NCBI GenBank assembly: GCA_965371355.1
Contig: CBDUYD010000001.1
Span: 1,681-65,680 of the forward strand
DNA: 64,000 nt
Direction of reading: 5' to 3'
Origin: an uncultured Ilumatobacteraceae bacterium
GTDB taxonomy: Bacteria; Actinomycetota; Acidimicrobiia; Acidimicrobiales; Ilumatobacteraceae
Position numbers and translations under genes: made by a program. The notes under the pieces are model-generated. The model was not told the DNA's origin. It worked only from the letters and a program-made list of their open reading frames with translations, and made no database searches. Shown piece by piece: positions 48,210-58,491 of the stretch (position 1 is its first letter; every line of letters starts with the position of its first letter).

Positions 48210-49115
48210 GTGCTGACGCCGATTCGTTCCGCCGAGGTCACCGAGACGCTCGCCGCCGGCGGAGCGGTAGTCGCGCTCGAATCGACGATCTTCTCCAACC
48301 TCGGTCTCCCCTCGCCGGCAAACGCCGAGGCTCTCCGCCGGTGTCTCGACGCCATTCGCGGGTCGGGTGCCGTCCCCGCCGTGACGGCGGTACTCGACGG
48401 CGTGGTCAGGGTCGGTCTCGATGCGACCGAGCACGAACGCATCCTCGGGCCCGCTCGCAAGGCGGCCGAACGCGACGTTCCCGTCGCCGTGGCGCAGCGC
48501 TGGGATTTCGCGGCGACCACCGTGTCGGCATCGGTCGCGATCGCGGCCGCCGCGGGGGTGTCCGTCTTCGCGACAGGTGGCCTCGGGGGCGTCCACCGCG
48601 GAGCAGAGGTGAGCGGCGATGTCTCCGCCGACCTCGATGCGCTCGCCAACCATCGCGTCGTCGCCGTCTCGGCGGGGGCCAAGGCGTTCCTCGACCTCCC
48701 GCGTACCATCGAGTACCTCGAGACCCTCGGCGTCCCCGTGCTCGGTTGGCGACACGACTGGTTCCCGGCGTTCTACACCCGGTCGTCGGGGCTCCCCGTT
48801 GCGCATCGCGTCGAGTCGGCGGGCGAGGTCGCCGACATCTTCGGATCGCTCACACGAACGTCGTCGGGGATGCTGCTGACCGTGCCGATCCCCGCCGACG
48901 CGGCGCTCGATCCGGCCGAGCTCGATGTCGCTCTCGAGGGGGCCCTCGGCGAGTGTGAACGGGCGGGGATCACCGGCGCCGCGATCACCCCGTTCGTGCT
49001 CGGCCGCATCGCCGACGCCACCGAGGGTCGCAGCGTGCCCGCCAACCTGGCGCTGGCGGAGCACAATGCCGCCGTGGCCGCCGAGGTCGCCGTCGCAATC
49101 GCCGAGAGGGACTGA
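48210..49115 (+). CDS. psuG: Pseudouridine-5'-phosphate glycosidase
   Basis: VVALESTIFSNLGLP N-terminal signature. IndA/PsuG-like length of 301 aa. GGLGGVHRG motif. Confidence 0.85.
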   Translation: MLTPIRSAEVTETLAAGGAVVALESTIFSNLGLPSPANAEALRRCLDAIRGSGAVPAVTAVLDGVVRVGLDATEHERILGPARKAAERDVPVAVAQRWDFAATTVSASVAIAAAAGVSVFATGGLGGVHRGAEVSGDVSADLDALANHRVVAVSAGAKAFLDLPRTIEYLETLGVPVLGWRHDWFPAFYTRSSGLPVAHRVESAGEVADIFGSLTRTSSGMLLTVPIPADAALDPAELDVALEGALGECERAGITGAAITPFVLGRIADATEGRSVPANLALAEHNAAVAAEVAVAIAERD

Positions 49116-49166
49116 TTCGGTCCGGCCCGGACCGGCCTACCCGGCCCGGTCCCGCCTGATCCGGGA

Positions 49167-49282
49167 TTCTGTGTGAGCACAAACGTCTTTGTAGCGGATT
49201 GTCGCTCACACTGAATCGGACTGCTGCGGCCCAAGTGGTCAGCGTGAGCGAATACGCGCAGATCGTGGGTTGTCGGTCACGC
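49167..49282 (+). repeat. Second copy of the bipartite intergenic element (TTCTGTGTGAGCA ... GCAGATC-N3-GGTTGTCGGTCACGC)
   Basis: The 13-mer at 49167-49179 is identical to 13586-13598. GCAGATC at 49258-49264. GGTTGTCGGTCACGC at 49268-49282 is identical to 13545-13559 and 13616-13630. Internal hairpin GTGTGAGC (49171-49178) / GCTCACAC (49204-49211). Lies between convergent genes. Confidence 0.8.
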
Positions 49283-49361
49283 AGAACGGGAGGAGGTGGG
49301 GCGGCGAGAACACCGGTGTAGCTGTCGGCTCGGGGATGCGCGACGATCACGGCCGCGAGCA

Positions 49362-50156
49362 TCACGAGTGGTCTTCGGTGCGCAGTGTCAGCAACTGCGT
49401 GATCGCGACGATCGAGAGGAGCAGCGCAAACAGCGCGTTCGAGAGCTGATCGCCCATCCGGTCGGCGATGATGCTGCCGAACACGGCGCTGATCATCCCG
49501 GTGAGCCCGACGACCGCGGCGATCCGGAGATCGACGTTGTCGTTCTTGCGGTTGCGGATCGTGCCGGTGAGTGAGGTCGGCACGATCACCGCGACCGACG
49601 TGCCCTTGGCGACGACCGGGGCGATGTCGTAGAAGACGACCATCGCCGGCACCATGATGATGCCGCCCCCGACACCGAGCATCCCGGCCACGATTCCCGT
49701 CACCACCCCGATCACGACGAGGAGCAGGGCAGACGTCAGGGTGATGTCGGTGCGCCCCGTCGTCTCGGAGGAGAACACGAGGCGGACTGCGGCGGCGAGC
49801 ACGATGACGACGAAGGCGATGGTGAGCACCCGCTTCGAGACGACCTGGAGGAGATGTGTGCCGATCACGGCACCACCGATCGTGCCGACGGTGAGGAAGC
49901 CGGCGACCACCCAGTCGACGTTGTCGTTGACGATGTAGGTGATCGCGCTGGCGACCGCGATCGGCAGCGTCGCGGCGAGCGAGGTTCCGTGGGCGAGACG
50001 TCGATCGAGCTTCACGACGCCGATCAGTCCGGGCACGAGGATCAGCCCACCACCGACACCGAACAACCCGCTGAGCGCCCCGGCGCCGAGTCCGACGAGC
50101 ACGACGTTGAGCATGTTCACGTCCGCGCGCCGCGCCGTCGAGATCGTGCCGGACAT
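49362..50156 (-). CDS. Sulfite exporter TauE/SafE family membrane protein
   Basis: Two internal repeats, each with GxGGG (LFGVGGGLILVP, MLGVGGGIIMVP), and about 8 TM segments. 3' portion of the artefactual 630-aa ORF. An alternative start is at 50114. Confidence 0.8.
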   Translation of the reverse strand: MSGTISTARRADVNMLNVVLVGLGAGALSGLFGVGGGLILVPGLIGVVKLDRRLAHGTSLAATLPIAVASAITYIVNDNVDWVVAGFLTVGTIGGAVIGTHLLQVVSKRVLTIAFVVIVLAAAVRLVFSSETTGRTDITLTSALLLVVIGVVTGIVAGMLGVGGGIIMVPAMVVFYDIAPVVAKGTSVAVIVPTSLTGTIRNRKNDNVDLRIAAVVGLTGMISAVFGSIIADRMGDQLSNALFALLLSIVAITQLLTLRTEDHS

Positions 50157-50216
50157 CGCCGCGACCCTATCGACCCGGGATCGTGGGTGGATCGAGTGGC
50201 GCGGTACCTTGCGGCG

Positions 50217-50936
50217 ATGACCGAGCAAGACCGGATCGCAGCCACCGTCGCGGCCGACGATCTCTTCGATCACGGGTCGGTCCTGCCGCCCGACCCGGTC
50301 GATGCGGATGGACGGGCACTCCCGGTGCTCCACGATCGCGAGTACCGCGTGCGGGCGTTCCGGCTCGCCGATGACCGGGTGCTGATCCGAGGGGCCGTGC
50401 GCGATCAGAAGCCACCCGGGCTGTACATCCGGGTCGATCCCGAGCCGCTGACGATCCACCACATGCAGATCGACATCGAGGTCTCGTACCCGACGCTCGA
50501 GATCCTCTCGGCGAAGGTGGACTTCGAGTCGTTTCCGCAAGACGGTTGCACCGGCATCATCGACCACTACGAGAAGCTGGTCGGCCTCTCGATCGCACGA
50601 GGCTTCACACACCGGGTCCGGGAACTCTTCGGCGGCCCGCGCGGCTGTACGCACACGACAGCGCTGCTGCAGGCGATGGCTCCCGTCGCCGTGCAGTGCT
50701 TCTTCTCGCTGCGTGCGTCGAACGTGCAGCGCTCGGGTGATCGTCACGCTCCTACGCGGCATGAGCGCGCCGAGATGTGGCGTGTGAACCTCAACACGTG
50801 CCACGTCTGGGCCGAGGACTCCGACGCCGTCGCCGGGCTGCGCGCGGGAGCCTCGATGGGGGTTCCCGTGTTTCTCCGCGGGCGGCTCGCGGAGCTCGGG
50901 CTCGAGCCCGACGACTGGGCTCCCTGGGCGGACTGA
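50217..50936 (+). CDS. DUF2889 family protein
   Basis: GPRGCTHTTALLQAM matches the conserved GCTH..ELL-type motif I associate with DUF2889. Internal ATG of ORF 49854-50936. Confidence 0.65.
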   Translation: MTEQDRIAATVAADDLFDHGSVLPPDPVDADGRALPVLHDREYRVRAFRLADDRVLIRGAVRDQKPPGLYIRVDPEPLTIHHMQIDIEVSYPTLEILSAKVDFESFPQDGCTGIIDHYEKLVGLSIARGFTHRVRELFGGPRGCTHTTALLQAMAPVAVQCFFSLRASNVQRSGDRHAPTRHERAEMWRVNLNTCHVWAEDSDAVAGLRAGASMGVPVFLRGRLAELGLEPDDWAPWAD

Positions 50937-50995
50937 GTCAATCCATCCGTCTTCGGTGATCGCGCTTTCCGATCGATTTCCGCGAGGATTGGGCC

Positions 50996-51871
50996 GTGGC
51001 CGGAGGATCCCCGTCGAAACGTGATCCGGCGCTCCCGGTCGACCCTTGGGCCGAACAGGCGACGCGCCGCGATGCCGCTGCGCGCCGCCACCGCATCCGG
51101 TGGATGATCGGCGCCGCGGCCGCGGCGTCGATCGTGGCGGCGGTCGCGCTCGCGTACCTCGTGCGCGACGGGGCCGGAGCGGATGACGACGACGCCGTGG
51201 CGCCGACCACGCCCGCATCGGACGAGGTCGTACTGTCGCCCGCGCCAACGCCAACGTCGTCGGAGGTCGTCACCGTCGCGTCGACCGTCGAGACGCTCGA
51301 GAACGCGTCGTTCGTCCACCTCGACGAGGTCTGGTTGCTCGATCGGCGGGACGGCACGTTCCAGTGGGGCGTGACCGTGCAGTCGACGGCGGGCGAGGAT
51401 CGCGGACCGATCACGATCGGGGCGAGTCTCCGCGACGGCGCCCGCGCCGAAGTGGGACACGTCGACGAGACGATCGACGAGCTCGCGGCCGGTGCCCGTG
51501 TCACGGTCGGTGGGGTGGTCGACGATCTCGGCGGTGAGCCGACCAGGCTGGTGGTCGACGTCATGGTCGGTGAGCCGATGACCGAGCCGGCGATGGCGCC
51601 CGACGATCTGCGGATCCTCGCGGTCGAGCGCCGCCGAACGGCGGGAGAAGGCGGGGATGTCGTCGTCGGGCGGATCCGATCGGACGTGGGTACCGACGTC
51701 GCGGGAGTTCGGCTGGTCCTGCTGTGGCGCGACGAAGGCGGTGATGTCGTGGCGGCGGTGTTCCACGATGTCGAGCGGATCCGCCCGGGGGTCGACGCGC
51801 GGTTCGAGATCCCGGTCGGTCACCTCGTCGGCGCCGACGGACCGCCCGGCGAGGTCACCTGGTCGCACTGA
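50996..51871 (+). CDS. Hypothetical membrane-anchored protein with two beta-rich repeats
   Basis: TM segment MIGAAAAASIVAAVALAYLV, then a Pro/Thr linker and two similar Val/Asp/Gly-rich segments. GC3-rich. Confidence 0.45.
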   Translation: MAGGSPSKRDPALPVDPWAEQATRRDAAARRHRIRWMIGAAAAASIVAAVALAYLVRDGAGADDDDAVAPTTPASDEVVLSPAPTPTSSEVVTVASTVETLENASFVHLDEVWLLDRRDGTFQWGVTVQSTAGEDRGPITIGASLRDGARAEVGHVDETIDELAAGARVTVGGVVDDLGGEPTRLVVDVMVGEPMTEPAMAPDDLRILAVERRRTAGEGGDVVVGRIRSDVGTDVAGVRLVLLWRDEGGDVVAAVFHDVERIRPGVDARFEIPVGHLVGADGPPGEVTWSH

Positions 51872-51951
51872 CGGGATCGTCGACCGATCCGCCGCTTCGG
51901 CGTATCGGATGTGCCGAACCGTTCTCCGCCTGGCAGACTGTCGCTCTCCAT

Positions 51952-52028
51952 GGTGGCCATAGCTCAACAGGTAGAGCACCAGGTTGTGATCCTGGCGGTT
52001 GGGGGTTCAAGTCCCCTTGGCCACCCCA
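51952..52028 (+). tRNA. tRNA-His (GTG) with G-1 and encoded CCA
   Basis: Cloverleaf drawn by hand. G-1 plus acceptor GTGGCCA/TGGCCAC. D arm GCTC/GAGC. Anticodon arm CCAGG-TTGTGAT-CCTGG. T arm GGGGG-TTCAAGT-CCCCT. Discriminator C followed by CCA. Confidence 0.93.
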
Positions 52029-52095
52029 CGCAGCAATGCGGCAGACCTGGCGGGGTGCGCAGCGAAGCATCGCTTGCTACCCTGTCAGGTCGCTT

Positions 52096-52167
52096 GCTTC
52101 TCTAGCTCAATGGCAGAGCAGTGGACTCTTAATCCATTGGTTCAGGGTTCGAATCCCTGGGGAAGCA
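52096..52167 (+). tRNA. tRNA-Lys (CTT)
   Basis: Acceptor GCTTCTC/GGGAAGC. D arm GCTC-AATGGCA-GAGC. Anticodon arm GTGGA-CTCTTAA-TCCAT. T arm CAGGG-TTCGAAT-CCCTG. No encoded CCA. Confidence 0.93.
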
Positions 52168-52176
52168 CACGGTCGG

Positions 52177-52983
52177 CTACCGGCTCCAGCGTTGCTGTTC
52201 GCGGAAGCGACCCATCGAGAGGGGCGTCGACTGACGTCGTTGCCGCAGGCCGCCCGACACGTAGAGCAGCCCGATGGCGATCGCCCCGGACGTGAGGGCA
52301 AAGGCCAACGTCAGTGTGCGGAAGTGGTTGGCGAGTTGCGGGAAGAGACCCATCCACGTCGTCTGCGAGAGCGCCGGCAGCGCGACGAGTGGAGCGAGGT
52401 AGCCGAACACGATCAGCAGGCCCGCCAGCGTTCCGAACCCCGTTGCGACGGCGAACGGCGCCTCGCCTCGCTCGGGTCGCATCACGATGCCGACGACGAG
52501 CGCGAGGATCCCGAGTACCCCACTGACGATCGTTATCCAGCCGGCCAGTTCGTTGACGATCGTCAGCGATCCGACCTCCTGCACCGGAACGGTGACCGCC
52601 GCCATCGTGGCCACGCGCTCGTCGCGCACGATCGTGACCTGTGCGGGGCCGGAGATGCGGACCGGTTCGTCGAGATCGCCGATCAGTCGGGCGTGGGCGT
52701 CGGCGACGACGTCGGTCATCAGTGCACTCCCGGCCCGGAGCCCGACGATCTGCTCGATGAACTCCTTCAGTTGGGTTGGGGATTGGCCGAGTACCGGGGC
52801 GTCGGCGCTGGCGACGACCGTCGCCACCTCGGCCCTGATGTCGGGATCGGCCAGGATCGCGTGCGCCCTGTCGGCGTCGGCGGAGGGGGTGAAGGCGACG
52901 CGCTGGAACCACCAGGTACTGATCGACAACGCGATCAGCACCCCCGAGATGATCAACATCAGGCCTGCCGGTGAACGCCGCAC
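52177..52983 (-). CDS. Hypothetical integral membrane protein
   Basis: N-terminal TM segment MLIISGVLIALSISTWWF and 3-4 C-terminal TM segments. GC3-rich. The start may be 52959. Confidence 0.5.
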   Translation of the reverse strand: MRRSPAGLMLIISGVLIALSISTWWFQRVAFTPSADADRAHAILADPDIRAEVATVVASADAPVLGQSPTQLKEFIEQIVGLRAGSALMTDVVADAHARLIGDLDEPVRISGPAQVTIVRDERVATMAAVTVPVQEVGSLTIVNELAGWITIVSGVLGILALVVGIVMRPERGEAPFAVATGFGTLAGLLIVFGYLAPLVALPALSQTTWMGLFPQLANHFRTLTLAFALTSGAIAIGLLYVSGGLRQRRQSTPLSMGRFREQQRWSR

Positions 52984-53411
52984 CGGGAGAGTCTGACAAA
53001 TCCGAGCCGTACGCTGCGACTGTGACCCGTCCGAGCCTCCCGCGGATGCTGTCGCGGGGAGCTTCGTGGCGGTGTCCGTGGTGCGGTGAACGGCGGGCGT
53101 TCTTCACCGGATGGTTCGCCAAAGAGCCTGCGTGTCGGGGATGTGGACTCCGCTGGCGGCGCGGGGATGACGGCTTCGAACTCGGTGCCGCGACCGTCGG
53201 TGCGATCGTGACGCTCGGCGCCCTGGTCGTCGCGCTCGGAGCCTCGCTGGTGCTCACATGGCCCGAGGTGGCGGTCCCTGCACTGCTGATCGTTCTCGGT
53301 ACCGCGGCGGTGCTCGTCCCGCTCGCGATCTACCCGATGACGTACACGGTGTGGCAGGCGCTCGATCTCGTGATGCGCCCGGTGAGTCCTGCGGACTTCT
53401 CCGACGAGTGA
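52971..53411 (+). CDS. DUF983-like zinc-ribbon membrane protein
   Basis: CPWCGE...CRGCG zinc ribbon followed by two TM helices, the architecture typical of DUF983. Confidence 0.6.
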   Translation: MNAAPGESDKSEPYAATVTRPSLPRMLSRGASWRCPWCGERRAFFTGWFAKEPACRGCGLRWRRGDDGFELGAATVGAIVTLGALVVALGASLVLTWPEVAVPALLIVLGTAAVLVPLAIYPMTYTVWQALDLVMRPVSPADFSDE

Positions 53412-53487
53412 TCGGTGGGCCCCTCTCGACCGCCGCGGCTGACCCCACCAGAGGCATCGGGCGTAGTTCGTGCGGTCGGTGCTTGTG

Positions 53488-53507
53488 CGAACTACTGTTC
53501 GTAGATT
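53488..53507 (+). promoter_or_regulatory. LexA (Cheo-type) SOS box CGAAC-TACT-GTTCG abutting a TAGATT -10-like hexamer
   Basis: The GAAC-N4-GTTC palindrome at 53488-53501 matches the Gram-positive/actinobacterial LexA consensus. TAGATT at 53502-53507. About 110 nt upstream of recA. lexA itself is present at the window end. Confidence 0.7.
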
Positions 53508-53613
53508 ACACTCGTGTCATTCGACCCGCCCAGGGGGATTCACGCAAGACCGTGACACCCCCTCTCTACGGTGATCAGCACCACATCGACAACACCGCTC
53601 GAAGGAGTACGAG

Positions 53614-54702
<1,089 letters not shown>

Positions 54703-54711
54703 GATCTAGCC

Positions 54712-55152
54712 ATGACCGTGCCGCAGCGAATCTCGATCGTCACGCTCGCCGTCGCCGACGTGGCGGTGTCGACCAGCTTCTACGAGGCGCTCGGGTGGCA
54801 GCGGTCGTCGTCATCGCTCGACTCGATCACGTTCTTCCAGACCGACGGATCCGTTCTCGGCCTCTACGAGCGCACGGCCCTCGCCGACGACGCGGGCGTC
54901 GACGCGGCCGGTTCCGGGTTCAGCGGTGTCACCTTCGCGCTCAACTGCGCCTCGACCGACGAGGTCGACGAGGTGTTCGGTTCGTGGGTGGCCGCCGGCG
55001 CGACGCCGATCAAGAACCCCCAGGATGTGTTCTGGGGTGGGTACTCGTCGTATGTCGCCGATCCCGACGGCCACCTGTGGGAGATCGCCCACAACCCGTA
55101 CGCCTCGATCGGGCCTGACGGCCGCCTGCAGATCGGCGATCCGGCCGGCTGA
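54712..55152 (+). CDS. VOC (glyoxalase/bleomycin-resistance) family protein
   Basis: 146-aa paired beta-alpha-beta-beta-beta pattern. C-terminal DPDGHLWEI motif typical of VOC proteins. Confidence 0.8.
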   Translation: MTVPQRISIVTLAVADVAVSTSFYEALGWQRSSSSLDSITFFQTDGSVLGLYERTALADDAGVDAAGSGFSGVTFALNCASTDEVDEVFGSWVAAGATPIKNPQDVFWGGYSSYVADPDGHLWEIAHNPYASIGPDGRLQIGDPAG

Positions 55153-55180
55153 ACGACCGGCGACCGGCGACCGCGGCGGC

Positions 55181-56188
55181 TCAGAGCCGGTAGACGCGGG
55201 TGGCGGTTCCCGAGAACATCGCGTCCTGTTCGTCGTCGCTGTACTCCGACGCGATCTTCTTCAGAGCGTTCCACAGCACCGGATACGAGATCGACAGGCG
55301 ATCGACGGGGAAGTTGCTCTCGAACATGCACCGGCCCGGCCCGAAGCTCTCGATCGTGTGCCGGTAGTACCGCCCCTGCGCCTCGACGAGTTCGCCGGAC
55401 GTGGCGGGTCGTTGCGCGGTGTGCCAGCCGAATCCGTTGTCGGGCATCGCCAGGCCACCGATCTTGGCGACCACGTTCGGGCACCCCGCCAAGTCGGTGA
55501 TCCCGATGCTCCACTCGTCGAAGATCTCGTCGCGTCGGCCGGCGAACCGTCCGACGCCGACCGGCGTGCTGAAGTGGTCGAGCACGATGACCGTCTCGGG
55601 CGCGATGCGGGCGAGGTCGACGAGTTCTGGGAGCTGGTAGTGGTACTGCCACGTGTCGTAGGTGAGCCCGCGCGCGCCGAGGAGCCGCACCCCGGAGCGG
55701 AAAGCGGGGTCGGCAGCGAGTGCTTCGGGGGCACGTCCGGCGATCGTGAGCGCCTCGGGTTCGACGGCGTGCGAGGTCGAGTGGCGGATCCCGCGGAACA
55801 GCCCGCCGGCAGCGTCACGATGCGCGTCGAGGGTCTCGCCGAGGTGTGCGCCGAGGGTGAGATCGGCGTGGGCAACGATGCCCGCGATCGGGGGAGCCGA
55901 GGGGTGGCGGCGGGCGAGGTCGGCAGCGTTCTCGGCGACGAACGCGGTTTCGCCGACGGGGCGGAGGTGTTCGGGTCGATCGGTGCGGTACGCCGCTCGG
56001 CACTCGACGAAGACGGTCGAGACCACGTTGTGGCCACTCGTGGTGTCGGCAACGAGTTGGTCGACGCCGTAGGGCATCGATCCGCCCGGCGGCCAGAGGT
56101 GGTGATGCGGATCGACGATGCGTCGTCCCGGGTCGACGATCGGTTCCTCGACCTGATCGAGCCACTCCTGGCTACCTGGTTCCATCAT
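55181..56188 (-). CDS. Amidohydrolase-2 (TIM-barrel metal-dependent hydrolase) family protein
   Basis: N-terminal metal-binding IVDPHHHLW motif, LDHF motif and C-terminal FESNFPVD. Confidence 0.8.
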   Translation of the reverse strand: MMEPGSQEWLDQVEEPIVDPGRRIVDPHHHLWPPGGSMPYGVDQLVADTTSGHNVVSTVFVECRAAYRTDRPEHLRPVGETAFVAENAADLARRHPSAPPIAGIVAHADLTLGAHLGETLDAHRDAAGGLFRGIRHSTSHAVEPEALTIAGRAPEALAADPAFRSGVRLLGARGLTYDTWQYHYQLPELVDLARIAPETVIVLDHFSTPVGVGRFAGRRDEIFDEWSIGITDLAGCPNVVAKIGGLAMPDNGFGWHTAQRPATSGELVEAQGRYYRHTIESFGPGRCMFESNFPVDRLSISYPVLWNALKKIASEYSDDEQDAMFSGTATRVYRL

Positions 56189-56236
56189 CGGATCATCCCA
56201 GATCCGGCGGCGAGCGGGTCGACTCGAAGGGCGGAT

Positions 56237-56665
56237 CTACTTGAAGACCGTGTCTCCCGGCTTGAACACCATCAGGAAGAGGGCGACGATCAACAGGAGA
56301 TGGGTGATACCGATGCCGGCGGACATCTTCTTGCGCGCGCCGTTGCCCTCGTCGACGAGGCCGGGGCGGATCAGGAACCAGCTGATCGCCAGCGTGACGA
56401 GCCAGACCAGGATCGACACGGTCATCCACGGGGTGCTGGCCATGTCGTACTCGCCGACGCCGGCCATGCCCATCCCGAGCACCCAGACGAGTACGAGCGC
56501 TGGCATGACGAGCCACATGTGGAGCTTGGCGATCGTCTGGGTCTCACCGGCGCGCTGCAGCACGGGATACAGGAACAGCGGACCGAACGCCACGATCGCG
56601 GCGAGGATGTGCAGCAGACCGAGGATCTGGTATCCGGTTCCGAGGAAGTCGAAGATGGCAAGCAT
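56237..56665 (-). CDS. Small integral membrane protein (4 TM, 142 aa)
   Basis: Hydrophobic 4-helix pattern. 3' part of the artefactual 639-aa ORF 56237-58156. ATG at 56665. Confidence 0.55.
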   Translation of the reverse strand: MLAIFDFLGTGYQILGLLHILAAIVAFGPLFLYPVLQRAGETQTIAKLHMWLVMPALVLVWVLGMGMAGVGEYDMASTPWMTVSILVWLVTLAISWFLIRPGLVDEGNGARKKMSAGIGITHLLLIVALFLMVFKPGDTVFK

Positions 56666-56713
56666 TGCGGGCGACGATACCGCCACGAGCGGGCCACCGT
56701 TAGCCTTGTCGTG

Positions 56714-58135
56714 ATGTCTCGGAGCTATGTCGTGCGCACCTTCGGGTGCCAGATGAACGATCACGACTCCGAACGGATCGCGGGGTTGCTCGAGGCCGAC
56801 GGTCTCGTTCTCGCCGACTCCGAGGACGACGCCGACGTGGTCGTGCTCAACACCTGTTGCATCCGCGAGAACGCCGACAACAAGCTGTACGGCAATCTCG
56901 GGCACCTCAAGACGTGGAAGGGTCGCCGCGAGGGGCGTCAGATCGTCGTGTCGGGGTGCCTCGCCCAGAAGGACCAGGATCTGGTCGCCGAGCGAGCCGG
57001 GCACGTCGACGTCGTGATGGGAACCCACAACGTCCACCGGGCGGCCGAACTGCTCACCGAGGCGCGCGCCTCGTCGACTCCGATCACCGAGATCCTCGAC
57101 GCGGCCGTGATCGACGACCACGCCATGTTCCCATCGGCGCTTCCGGCGCGCAGGGTCACGTCGTACAACGCATGGGTCACGATCCAGATCGGATGCGACA
57201 ACAATTGTGCGTTCTGCATCGTTCCGGCCGTGCGGGGGCCCGAGATCAGCCGTCCTTACGACGACATCGTCGCCGAGGTCGAACAACTCGCCTACGAGGG
57301 GGTGACCGAGGTGACGCTGCTCGGACAGAACGTCAACAGCTACGGGCGCGATCTCCAGCTCGCGGCGCGGCGCGGGGGCGACTCCACCACCGGCCTCGGC
57401 CCGCTGTTCGGCCCGTTGCTCCGCCGCGTGGGAGCCGTCGAGGGCATCCAGCGGGTTCGCTACACGAGTCCACATCCCAAGGACATGCGGCCCGCGACGT
57501 TCGAGGCGATGGCCGGGACACCGTCTGTGTGCGAGCACCTGCACTACCCGCTCCAGTCCGGCAGCGACCGTGTGCTGGCGGCCATGCACAGGGGCTACAC
57601 CGCCGAGCGCTATCTCGAGCGTCTCCGCGACGCCCGGCGGATCGTGCCCGACCTCGCGGTCTCGACCGACATCATCGTCGGCTTCCCCGGTGAGACCGAC
57701 GACGACTTCGAGCACACGCTCAACGTGGCCGCCGAGGCCGACTACGACTACGCCTACACGTTCCTCTTCTCGCCGCGACCGGGCACAGAGGCTGCGGCGA
57801 TGCACGATCGGTTCGTCGATCCCGCGGTCGCGGGCGACCGATTCCAACGCCTGCGCGTCGTCGTCGAGCGTTCCGCTCTGCGGCGTCACGAGGCCCGTGT
57901 CGGTCGCGTCGAGGAGGTGCTCGTCGAGGGGCCGAGCAAGAAGGACCCCTCGGTGACGAGCGCGCGGACGCGCCAGAACAAGCTGGTGCACTTCACCGCC
58001 CGGTCGCCGATCCGCGTCGGCAGCTACGCCAGCGTCGAGATCACCCGAGCCGCACCCCACCACCTGGCCGGCGAGTTCCGCGAGCTGATCTCCGAGCCGA
58101 CCCACCGGTTGCGGATTCCAGTCGCAGCGCGCTAG
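56714..58135 (+). CDS. miaB: tRNA-2-methylthio-N6-dimethylallyladenosine synthase MiaB
   Basis: UPF0004 domain cysteines (FGCQMN, NTCCIRE, SGC). Radical SAM CDNNCAFC. C-terminal TRAM domain. Internal ATG of ORF 54926-58135. Confidence 0.93.
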   Translation: MSRSYVVRTFGCQMNDHDSERIAGLLEADGLVLADSEDDADVVVLNTCCIRENADNKLYGNLGHLKTWKGRREGRQIVVSGCLAQKDQDLVAERAGHVDVVMGTHNVHRAAELLTEARASSTPITEILDAAVIDDHAMFPSALPARRVTSYNAWVTIQIGCDNNCAFCIVPAVRGPEISRPYDDIVAEVEQLAYEGVTEVTLLGQNVNSYGRDLQLAARRGGDSTTGLGPLFGPLLRRVGAVEGIQRVRYTSPHPKDMRPATFEAMAGTPSVCEHLHYPLQSGSDRVLAAMHRGYTAERYLERLRDARRIVPDLAVSTDIIVGFPGETDDDFEHTLNVAAEADYDYAYTFLFSPRPGTEAAAMHDRFVDPAVAGDRFQRLRVVVERSALRRHEARVGRVEEVLVEGPSKKDPSVTSARTRQNKLVHFTARSPIRVGSYASVEITRAAPHHLAGEFRELISEPTHRLRIPVAAR

Positions 58136-58186
58136 TGCTCTGGTGCTCCAGCACATGGCATGGGCCGAACGATAGGTTCGTCACCG

Positions 58187-58489
58187 ATGACCGAGCCGGC
58201 AACCGATCCGCAACTCGTCGAGTACCGGCGCAGCATCGACAATATCGACGCCGCGCTCGTCCATCTGCTCGCCGAGCGGTTCAAGATCACCAAGGCGGTC
58301 GGTAGATACAAGGCAGCCGTTTCGCTGCCTCCCGCCGATCCCGCACGCGAGCGCGTTCAGCTCGCCAGGCTCCGCTCGCTCGCCGAGGAGGCCGGACTCG
58401 ACCCGGCGTTCACCGAGAAGTTCCTCAACTTCATCGTGGCCGAGGTGATCCAGCACCACCAACGGATCGCGGAGGGCGAGTCGCTCTGA
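58187..58489 (+). CDS. Chorismate mutase (AroQ class)
   Basis: YRRSIDNIDAALVHLLAERFKITKAVGRYK matches the AroQ helix-1 pattern R-x-ID-x-ID-x-L-x-LL-x-R. About 100 aa. Confidence 0.8.
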   Translation: MTEPATDPQLVEYRRSIDNIDAALVHLLAERFKITKAVGRYKAAVSLPPADPARERVQLARLRSLAEEAGLDPAFTEKFLNFIVAEVIQHHQRIAEGESL

Positions 58490-58491
58490 CC

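Noticed and set aside
46026-49064. 1012-aa ORF on the minus strand
   Set aside because: Only its last 226 codons (46026-46706) are a real gene (rpe). The rest runs antisense to well-supported + strand genes (the TRAM methyltransferase and psuG) and has an Arg/Gly/Pro-rich composition. This is the typical stop-codon-poor shadow frame of a high-GC genome.
51952-52167. tRNA-His / tRNA-Lys pair as an integration hotspot flanking an island
   Set aside because: There is no integrase or recombinase, I saw no duplicated tRNA 3' end downstream, and the flanking genes have the same codon bias as the core genes.
53471-53507. PafBC/RecA-independent promoter motif near recA (a GTCGGTG element is present)
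   Set aside because: GTCGGTG is there, but the spacing to a TAnnnT hexamer does not fit the remembered tTGTCRGTG-N8-TAnnnT consensus. The LexA box explains the region adequately.
54926-58156. 1069-aa + strand ORF and 639-aa minus strand ORF spanning the amidohydrolase-miaB region
   Set aside because: They are chimeric shadow frames. The + ORF is genuine only from ATG 56714 (miaB). The minus ORF is genuine only for its last 142 codons (membrane protein 56237-56665).
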